Source: Methylocella sp.
GTDB taxonomy: Bacteria > Pseudomonadota > Alphaproteobacteria > Rhizobiales > Beijerinckiaceae
DNA length: 64,000 nt
NCBI RefSeq assembly: GCF_044226135.1
Contig: NZ_JBGAHM010000005.1
Span: 66,327 to 130,326, forward strand
Direction: 5' to 3'
Part shown: piece after piece, positions 57,769 to 64,000 of the stretch
How positions within the stretch are numbered: the stretch's first letter is position 1
How the letters are laid out: each line of letters opens with the position of its first letter
Program-made: the position numbers and the translations under genes
The notes under the pieces: model-generated
Database searches by the model: none
Seen by the model: the letters and a program-made list of their open reading frames with translations, nothing else
What the model was told of the DNA's origin: nothing

Positions 57769-57805
57769 AATATCGCGAACACTCACATGCGACGGACCGC
57801 AGGCG

Positions 57806-58087
57806 TCATTTCGCAGACGTCAGCCCGAAGATTTCATGGAGACGCAACGCGCTCGACGTCTGGCTGGCGCGGACGAGGGCGCCCGAAACATGGATGGCGT
57901 CGCAGCCGCGCGCTTCGAGCGTTCTCGCGAAAGCGATCACGCCCTTGACGGGCGAGCCGCCTTCGACCCGGTCGGTCACGGACACGCGCACGGTCACGGA
58001 ACGCCGGCCGGAAAGGCGGCGCGCACGGCGTCGTAGAGTTCGAGCGGACAGCGCAGGCGGCTTTCGAACGTCAGCCTTCCGATGCAA
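57806..58087 (-). pseudogene. remnant of an OYE-family NADH:flavin oxidoreductase
   Basis: The internal fragment RVSVTDRVEGGSPVKGVIAFARTLEARGCDAIHVSGA matches the OYE/YqjM pattern R.S..DW.EGG......v.lA..L...G.D.i.vSsG. Upstream LELYDAVRAAFPAG lies in another frame. Both the N- and C-terminal parts of the gene are absent. Confidence 0.5.
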
Positions 58088-58140
58088 AAAGGCTCAAACA
58101 GCTTGGGTCCCGCCGGGCCCTCGCGCGGTTTTGCGACGCG

Positions 58141-58998
58141 TCATGGCCGGCAGGCCAGTTCGTCGACCGTCGCCTGCGAAACATAATGCGGCCCGTCGAA
58201 CAGAAACAGGCTGTGGCCCTGCAGCGCGGCGATCTGCGTCTTGAGCTCCTGCGGGGTCGCGGCGCGAAAGCCCCCGCCGGCCTTCGGCCTGAACGCCTCG
58301 ACGACGACGGCGAGGCGGGACGGCCCGAGCCGCTTCGAGAGCGTCGCGGCGTATTCGGCGGCGACGGAGGGGTCGCGTCCATGCGCGCCGACGCCGTCCT
58401 GGAAGAAGACGCCGACGTCGTGCGGCAGCCAGCGTTCGAGCCAGTCGGCGAGCTTTTCGGGCCCCATGGCGCTCGAATCATAGACGCTGATCCAGAGCGG
58501 GCGCGGCAGCGAGGCGAGCAGGGGGCCGAGATCCTTCGCCCTGGTCCAGCTCGGATCGACCTCGACCGGAAAATAATAGCCCTCGACCGCAAGCGGGGTC
58601 GGCAGCGTGGCGAGGCGCGCCGACAGCGCGACGAGCTTGGCGACGTTCGCGCGCGCCACAGGCTCCGAATAGGCGCCGGCGAGGCCGAGAATCACTTTGC
58701 GCGCCCAGGGCTCCGAGGCGATCCGCCGCCAGTCCGGCTTCTTGGCGAAGCCCGGCAGGCCGGAGCCCGGCGTGAGCGCCATGCCGTCGACGACGGTCCA
58801 TTGCACGAGCAGGGTGTCGGCCCCAAGGCGGTGCCAGTCGCCCGTCGGGTTGATCGTGGCGTTGTCAGGCTGCCAGACGACGCCGCGAACGCAGCTCTGC
58901 TTCGCCGCCGCCCGGGCGGTCGTCGCGACGCCGGCGGCGAAGCAGGCGGCGACGCCGAGCGCGCGGGCCGTCGCGCAGAAAAGCCGTTTCGCGCTCAC
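58141..58998 (-). CDS. periplasmic protein in the YbcH position of an Nfr-like operon (possible glycoside-hydrolase-like TIM barrel)
   Basis: GTG 58998 with AGGAG 6 nt upstream. Signal peptide VSAKRLFCATARALGVAACFAAGVATTARA. 285 aa. Last gene after the nfrB-like and nfrA-like genes. Confidence 0.6.
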   Translation of the reverse strand: MSAKRLFCATARALGVAACFAAGVATTARAAAKQSCVRGVVWQPDNATINPTGDWHRLGADTLLVQWTVVDGMALTPGSGLPGFAKKPDWRRIASEPWARKVILGLAGAYSEPVARANVAKLVALSARLATLPTPLAVEGYYFPVEVDPSWTRAKDLGPLLASLPRPLWISVYDSSAMGPEKLADWLERWLPHDVGVFFQDGVGAHGRDPSVAAEYAATLSKRLGPSRLAVVVEAFRPKAGGGFRAATPQELKTQIAALQGHSLFLFDGPHYVSQATVDELACRP

Positions 58999-59105
58999 TC
59001 TGAACTCCTGCTTGATCGGCCGGCCGCGCCGCCAGCGCCCGCGTCGCCACTGTGGCGCGGATTTGTGTGAGACGGCGTTAAGCCTGTCCGTAAAATAGGC
59101 CCATG

Positions 59106-59150
59106 CCCGTCGCACGTCAGCCCGTCGCACGTCAGCCCGTCGCACGTCCG
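59106..59150. repeat. 15-bp tandem repeat x3 (cccgtcgcacgtcag)
   Basis: Two perfect copies (59106..59120, 59121..59135) and a third with one mismatch (59136..59150), in the spacer between the nfrA-like stop and the ybcH-like start. Confidence 0.9.
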
Positions 59151-59277
59151 CGTGTCGCGCCTCGCCGGAGGGTCGAAGGGAGACGCCGCGAAAGCGTCTT
59201 GAGCGTTTCCATGACGCGCCTCGGACATGTCGCGCGGCGCCGGCGCGGCGCAGGACGCCGAACCTTCGGCGCGCCGC

Positions 59278-60270
59278 CTAATAGGAGAAGCTCAGTTGCG
59301 CGAAGACGCCGCGCGCGCGTTCCCCTCCGGCGAGGGGAACGCGATATTGCACGCTCGCCTCGACGAAGGAGCGCGGCGCATGAAGCTCGTCGCCGCGAAA
59401 CCACAGCCGCGCGGCGAAGCCCGGGCCCGCGCCGATCGCGAGGGGCACGCTGTAGACGTTGTCGTAGCCGCCGCCAAGGACCATGTAGGGCGTCAATACG
59501 AGGCCGTCGGCGATCCCGTCGACGCGAAAGCTCTGGCCGATCCGCCCCTCGGCGTTGAGGATCGTCTCCTCGCTCTCGAAATAATGCACGGCCTCGGCGC
59601 TGACGTTCCACATCAGCCAGTCCGGGCGGTCGACGCGCAGGTCGAGCCCCTCGCCCTGCGAGAAGGCGGCGCGCAGCATCCAGTTCGAGGCGGCGGCCGA
59701 GCCGAGCCCGAACACGCGCGCCGCCTCGAACACGAGATTATAGTCGCCAAACGGCTTCCAGCGCGCGCCAAGCGAGGTCTGGTTGGTTTTCCAGCCGGTC
59801 GGGCCGTTGTTCTCGTCATAGACGGTCTGGAACGCGCGCGCGAAAATCTCGAAGGTCGAGCGGTCGCGGTAGCCGATCACGGGCGGGCGCCAGTAGATCT
59901 CCGCGCCGATCTGGCCGATGGCGCCGGCGGAGGTCACGGGCGCGAGCGCCGAGCCCGGCGTGACGCCGACCTTGCCATAGGCGGCCATGGCGTTGACGCC
60001 CCAGGCGCGGTCGAGATCGGCGATCTGGCGCCTGATCTGGAAGATCTCCTGCGCCCCGGCCTGACGGCCGCCGGCGCGCGCGTCCTCGACGCCGGCCGAA
60101 AAGAACGACACGGCGGCCTCATTGTCATAGGCCCGCATCGCGGCGTAGCCGGCGTCGAGAAAGGCGCGGCCCCCGAGTTCGCCCCGCGCGCGCGCCGCCT
60201 CGAAAGCCTGCGTGGCGCGGAGATTGTCGCCGGCGGCCGCGGCGAGATAGGCGAGATCGACGTTTGACAA
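59278..60270 (-). CDS. nfrA: NfrA-like outer-membrane beta-barrel segment (C-terminal part of a frameshifted gene)
   Basis: Alternating beta-strand pattern ending in the terminal aromatic ...GVFAQLSFSY. The frame stays open upstream of the nominal TTG start and there encodes TPR-like sequence (RALKALGRDEEALAAFVQAE...). Confidence 0.6.
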   Translation of the reverse strand: MSNVDLAYLAAAAGDNLRATQAFEAARARGELGGRAFLDAGYAAMRAYDNEAAVSFFSAGVEDARAGGRQAGAQEIFQIRRQIADLDRAWGVNAMAAYGKVGVTPGSALAPVTSAGAIGQIGAEIYWRPPVIGYRDRSTFEIFARAFQTVYDENNGPTGWKTNQTSLGARWKPFGDYNLVFEAARVFGLGSAAASNWMLRAAFSQGEGLDLRVDRPDWLMWNVSAEAVHYFESEETILNAEGRIGQSFRVDGIADGLVLTPYMVLGGGYDNVYSVPLAIGAGPGFAARLWFRGDELHAPRSFVEASVQYRVPLAGGERARGVFAQLSFSY

Positions 60271-60452
60271 ATTCTTGAACGCGCCCTGCGCCTCGGCCGC
60301 CTCGAACAGCGCGCGCGCCTCGCTTTGGCGCCCGAGCGCGGCGAGGACGCCGACGCGCCCGCGCAGCGCGGCGAGGCGCTCGTCGGGCGTCCGCGCCGCG
60401 GCTTCGGCCTGAACGAAGGCCGCGAGCGCCTCCTCGTCGCGGCCGAGCGCCT

Positions 60453-61664
60453 TCAGCGCGCGGCGCGCGCGAGCAGGGTCTGCGGCGTCCCGGGCAGGGG
60501 CGCGAGCGTTTCGAGCGCGGCCCCCGGCCGTCCGGCTGCGGTCTGCGCGCCGGCGAGCGCGATCGTCCAGCCGCGCCGCTCGGCCGCTGCGCCGGAGCCC
60601 GACGCGAGGGCCGCCGAAAAATCCTGCGCCGCCCCGGCGGGCCGGCCGAGGCGCTGGCGGACATAGCCCCGCGCGGCGAGGATCTGCGCGTCCTGGCCGA
60701 GCGCCCGGAGCGCCGCGTCGGCGGCCGATTCGGCGCCGGCGAGATCGCCGCCGGCGGCGAGGGCGTCGACGAGCAGGGCGCGATAGGCGCGGTTTTGCGG
60801 ATCAAGCCGGACCGCCGCGGCGCCGTCGCGGGCGGCGGCGCGGTAGGCGCGCGCGCGAAAGGCGCGATAGCCGGCCTCGGCCGCGCGATAGGCCGGGGAG
60901 GGCGGCGGCGCCGCGGCGGGCGGGCCGCGCCGCAGCGCCGCCTCGGCCCTGGCGAGCAGCGCCCTGTAGGCGGAATTGTCCGGGTCGAGGCTGACGGCCA
61001 GGGCGGCGTTCGTCTTGGCGGCGGCGTAGTCGCGGCGCGAGAAGGCGTCATAGGCCGCGGCCGCGGCCTTGTAGGACGGCAGGTCGGTCGCCGGCGTCGC
61101 CGCGTCGATCGCGGCCTTCATGTCGTCGCGCAGCGTCGAATAGGCCTGCGGGTCGAGCCGCGCCGCCTCCGCGGCGGCGGCGCGCGCGGCGTCATAGTCG
61201 CCCCGCGCAAAGGCGATGTCGGCCGCCCGCGCGGCGTCCGCCGCCGAGGCGAAGGAGGTCGGCGCCGCCGCGCGCGGGACGACGGCGGGCGCGGGCTTGA
61301 GCCTGCGCCGCGCCTGCGCCAGAACCCCGAGCAGCACGGCGTTGCGGTCGCCCGCCGCGACGAAGCCCGCGCCGGCCTCGACGGCCTCGCCATAGCGGCC
61401 GGCGCGTTCGAGCGCCTGCACGAGCAGGACGCGAAGCTGGACCGCGTCGGGGCGCTGGCGCAGCGCCTCGCGCGCGCTCGCCGCCGCGGCGTCATAGTCG
61501 CCGCGGCTCATCGCCGCCTGCGCGTCGCGCGCGTGGAAATAGGCGGGCCCGCTCAGCGGCAGCTGCAGCGCGTCGTCGTCCTGCTGCGCCAGCGCGAAAG
61601 GGGCCGGCGCGAGCAGCGCGCAGCCGCACCACAGCGCGAAGGACAGGCGCCGGCGCCGGCTCAT
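60453..61664 (-). CDS. nfrA: NfrA-like TPR-repeat periplasmic segment (N-terminal part of a frameshifted gene)
   Basis: Signal peptide MSRRRRLSFALWCGCALLAPAPFALA. Repeated A..A......P......LA.A......Y..A TPR-like units. ATGA overlap with the nfrB-like stop. Confidence 0.6.
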   Translation of the reverse strand: MSRRRRLSFALWCGCALLAPAPFALAQQDDDALQLPLSGPAYFHARDAQAAMSRGDYDAAAASAREALRQRPDAVQLRVLLVQALERAGRYGEAVEAGAGFVAAGDRNAVLLGVLAQARRRLKPAPAVVPRAAAPTSFASAADAARAADIAFARGDYDAARAAAAEAARLDPQAYSTLRDDMKAAIDAATPATDLPSYKAAAAAYDAFSRRDYAAAKTNAALAVSLDPDNSAYRALLARAEAALRRGPPAAAPPPSPAYRAAEAGYRAFRARAYRAAARDGAAAVRLDPQNRAYRALLVDALAAGGDLAGAESAADAALRALGQDAQILAARGYVRQRLGRPAGAAQDFSAALASGSGAAAERRGWTIALAGAQTAAGRPGAALETLAPLPGTPQTLLARAAR

Positions 61665-63706
61665 GACGCGTCGCCCGTCGCGCGCGTCTCGCGCAGCAGG
61701 TCGCGCGCGCGCTCGAGCGCGTCGCGGCCGGGCAGGCCGCGGGCGAAGAGAAAGGCGCCGACAGGGCCGTCGCGCGCGGGGTCATAGGCGGCGAACGCCT
61801 CGTCGAGCGCCGCGCGTGCGACGAGGCCATGGCTGATCAGCACGTCGCCGGCATGGATGTCATGGGCGAAGCCGATGTCGGCGAAGGCGCCGGCGTCGCC
61901 TTCGAGCCGGCGCAGCGCGGCCAGAAGCTCGCTCTCGCGCACGACGTGAAGCGGGCGTTCGCTCCCGAGCGCGGCGCGGATCTCGTCGAGCGTCCCGGCC
62001 ACGGGCGGAAGCGCCGTCGCGAGGCGGGGCGCGTCGTCGCCGGGCCGCCTGAAGGGGGCGACGCCCCAGCGCCGCCAGTCGCGCGGCGGCGCGAGGTCGA
62101 GCGCGGCGCCGACCTCCTCCGAGGTCAGTTCGGCGCGCGGCAGGCCAAGGGCCGCGGCGACCGCTTCGGCGATCGTCTCCTCGTCGAGGCCGTGATGCGG
62201 CGGCTCCGTCTCGCCAAGCGAGTCGGTGGTGGGAAAGTCGTGCATCGTCTTGTCCCAGCCGATCGGCGTGCCGAACAGGACATTGGCCAGAAACAGCCTC
62301 CAGGCCCTGAGCGTGGCGGCGAAATTGACGAAATTGGCGATGAAGATGCGGGGAATGGACAGCAGCCCGTGCCGGCGGCCGTAGAGCTTGCGGGTGAAAT
62401 GATAGCGCTGGATCGCGCGCAGGCCGAGAAAGGCGCCGTCGGCCGCAAGGATCGCGCCGAACCACGGATGCGTGACGAAGATCGAGGGGAAGCGCTCCGG
62501 CCACAGGCCGGCCTCGGCGGCGAAGAACAGGACCAGGATCTGCGCCGTGAGCAGATAGGCCGCGCCGATGACGAGGAAGGCGGCGACGCCCTTGCGGTCC
62601 CGGTAGAGGAAATAGCGGTCGGCGAGCGAGCCCCGCCAGCCGAGTTGCCGCCATCCCTGAAAGGCGATGCCGAGCGTCCAGCGCGCCTTCTGCCGGTAGG
62701 CGGTGCGGAACGTGTCGGGGAAGAATTCGCGCACGGCGAGCGGCGCCGTCAGCGTGACCGTCTTCTCGCGGGAGGGATTGATCCAGCCGCGCCGCTTCAC
62801 CCTGTAGTCGACCGGAAAACGGAGGAACGTCGAGCTCATGCCGCGGGCGCCGAGCCGCAGCGAAACGTCGTAATCCTCGGTCAGCACGGCGACGTTGAAC
62901 GGCTGGCCGCCGGTTTCCTCGGAGAGCGCCATGAGCGCGCGGCGCGAGAAGCAGGTGCCGACGCCGGCCGAAAGCACGGTTCCGGTCAGCGCCTCGCGCA
63001 CCAGCATGTCCTTGCCGTGCCATTCGGCGAAATCGTCCATGTAGGTCGCGCCGATCAGCTCCCACCATTCGCGTTCGAGCGACATGACCGGGATCTGGAT
63101 CAGGTCTTCTGCGGGCAGCACATGGTTGAAGAGCTTCATCTCGAGCGGATGCAGCACGTCCTCGCTGTCGTGCAGGATCGCGCCGGCGAAGACGACGCCA
63201 TAGGCGCGCTCATGCGCGGCGATCGCCGCGACGATGAAATTGAGGCAGTCCGACTTGCAGGTCGGGCCGGGGTGCGGGACGGTGACGCGCACGACATGGC
63301 GGAAGCGCCGCCTGATGCGTTCGACCTCGGCGATGGTGCGCTCGTCGTTGACGTAGACGCCGGCGAACACCGTGTAGCGCGAATAGTCGAGCGTCGCGGC
63401 CATGCTTTCGATCATGGGCGCGATGACGTCATATTCGAGCCAGGCCGGCACCATGACGGCGAGCGGCTGCTCGGGCTTGGCGCGAAGCTCGGCGACCTCG
63501 GGAACGGTCTCGGGGCGCCCGCTGAGCCGGCGGGCGATCCAGCGCGTCCAGTAGCAGGCGTCGACGAACAGGTCGTCGACGCTCGACACGAAGATGAACA
63601 GGGCGCAGACGACGACGCCCGTCTCGAGCCAGCCGTAGTAGCGCGCGACGAGATAGGGCGCGTAAAGCGCCGCGCCGAAGCTGTCGGCCAGCTCCCCGGC
63701 CGGCAT
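61661..63706 (-). CDS. nfrB: NfrB-like family 2 glycosyltransferase/polysaccharide synthase with a C-terminal GspE-N/MshEN-like domain
   Basis: PLAVMVPAWLEYDVI, GPTCKSDCLN, ILHDSEDV, LIQIPV, EWHGKD, SAGVGTCFSRRAL, LTEDYD, REFFPDTF..A.RQKARW, which I recall as collinear with E. coli NfrB. C-terminal LGLPRAEL... and AGDVLISHGLVARAALDEAF. Start at ATG 63706. Confidence 0.8.
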   Translation of the reverse strand: MPAGELADSFGAALYAPYLVARYYGWLETGVVVCALFIFVSSVDDLFVDACYWTRWIARRLSGRPETVPEVAELRAKPEQPLAVMVPAWLEYDVIAPMIESMAATLDYSRYTVFAGVYVNDERTIAEVERIRRRFRHVVRVTVPHPGPTCKSDCLNFIVAAIAAHERAYGVVFAGAILHDSEDVLHPLEMKLFNHVLPAEDLIQIPVMSLEREWWELIGATYMDDFAEWHGKDMLVREALTGTVLSAGVGTCFSRRALMALSEETGGQPFNVAVLTEDYDVSLRLGARGMSSTFLRFPVDYRVKRRGWINPSREKTVTLTAPLAVREFFPDTFRTAYRQKARWTLGIAFQGWRQLGWRGSLADRYFLYRDRKGVAAFLVIGAAYLLTAQILVLFFAAEAGLWPERFPSIFVTHPWFGAILAADGAFLGLRAIQRYHFTRKLYGRRHGLLSIPRIFIANFVNFAATLRAWRLFLANVLFGTPIGWDKTMHDFPTTDSLGETEPPHHGLDEETIAEAVAAALGLPRAELTSEEVGAALDLAPPRDWRRWGVAPFRRPGDDAPRLATALPPVAGTLDEIRAALGSERPLHVVRESELLAALRRLEGDAGAFADIGFAHDIHAGDVLISHGLVARAALDEAFAAYDPARDGPVGAFLFARGLPGRDALERARDLLRETRATGDAS

Positions 63707-63713
63707 CGCGGCC

Positions 63714-64000
63714 TCAGCCTCCGGCGTGGCGGCGCCGCGCCGCGCGGGCCAGCAGGAACAGCAGGCCGAAGAACACGACCACGCCAAGCACGAGCGCCGT
63801 CTCCCAGTTGGCGAAGGCCTTCAGCCCCGCCTTGAGCCCGGTTTCGGGCTCCGTCGCCTCCGGCGGCCGCAGCGCGCCGGGATTACGGCTGTCATATTGC
63901 GCCGCGACGCCCTCGTCGGTCAGGACGGCGACGTCGCCCTGCGCCAGGATGAAGGGATGGGCGAACTGCGGCGCGGCCGGTCCGACCTGCCGCACGAGCA
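63714..64000 (-). CDS. partial ORF (5' end outside the window) ending in a TM helix, directly upstream of nfrB-like
   Basis: Open frame to the window edge. C-terminal WETALVLGVVVFFGLLFLLARAARRR. Its stop lies 7 nt before the nfrB-like ATG. Confidence 0.4.
   Translation of the reverse strand, partial: LVRQVGPAAPQFAHPFILAQGDVAVLTDEGVAAQYDSRNPGALRPPEATEPETGLKAGLKAFANWETALVLGVVVFFGLLFLLARAARRRHAGG

Noticed and set aside
60440-60480. Programmed -1 ribosomal frameshift in the nfrA-like gene
   Set aside because: No X XXY YYZ slippery site and no obvious downstream stimulatory structure at the junction. A mutation or assembly indel in the GC run is the simpler explanation.
61829-63835. 668-aa plus-strand ORF opposite the nfrB-like gene
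   Set aside because: Antisense artefact. The minus strand matches the NfrB GT2 core motif by motif.
1-64000. Search for tRNA/tmRNA, rRNA, CRISPR arrays, IS elements, integrases, prophage or toxin-antitoxin pairs
   Set aside because: The few GGTTCGA-like strings (for example near 500, 24860 and 27705) sit inside coding or RBS regions without acceptor or anticodon stems. The tandem repeats found have only 2-3 copies of 13-17 bp with no spacers. No transposase, recombinase or phage structural motifs were seen in any frame.

Overview
Very GC-rich chromosomal segment. The gene content suggests an alphaproteobacterium of the Hyphomicrobiales type (DUF992, GtrA, HdeA-like proteins, FDH-N, ETF/beta-oxidation sets); this is an inference, since no marker gene is present. 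I call about 55 protein-coding genes. I found no rRNA, tRNA, CRISPR array, transposase or integrase.

Blocks, in order:
1. 0.4-5.3 kb: a polytopic membrane protein followed by a 1036-aa secreted beta-helix protein.
2. 5.3-12.3 kb: selD, divergent from a selenocysteine-containing formate dehydrogenase-N operon, fdnG(Sec)-fdnH-fdnI-fdhE. The ORF track splits fdnG at the in-frame TGA at 7147-7149.
3. 12.4-27 kb: a Wzx/Wzy-type polysaccharide locus with an unusual accessory set. It has a chain-length determinant, a degenerate BY-kinase-like ATPase, a serine-less carrier-like/thioesterase protein, a GMC oxidoreductase, two AT3 acyltransferases, GT2, Wzy-like, Wzx-like and GT4 genes, and a divergent unknown secreted protein.
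4. 27.7-33.1 kb: a thiolase / hydroxyacyl-CoA dehydrogenase-hydratase / acyl-CoA dehydrogenase operon.
5. 33-41.6 kb: an orphan FecR-N-like protein, a dipeptide epimerase, a second giant beta-helix protein, PMM/PGM, a ComEA-like protein, trxB, DUF992 and GtrA.
6. 41.6-44.4 kb: an AraC-family regulator that looks frameshifted twice, next to two tandem HdeA-like genes and small secreted proteins.
7. 44.7-50.6 kb: TetR, acyl-CoA synthetase, etfBA and a paralogous acyl-CoA dehydrogenase.
8. 50.9-57.7 kb: mntR, a FUSC/DUF1656/HlyD efflux set, a cNMP-binding TrxR-like fusion without a CxxC, and ohrR with operator repeats.
9. 57.8-64 kb: an OYE-family gene remnant followed by an NfrB/NfrA/YbcH-like exopolysaccharide secretion module whose NfrA-like gene is split by a frameshift.

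The two most interesting regions are the polysaccharide locus with non-canonical accessory genes and the Nfr-like module. Every family assignment rests on motifs read by eye and needs a database search.
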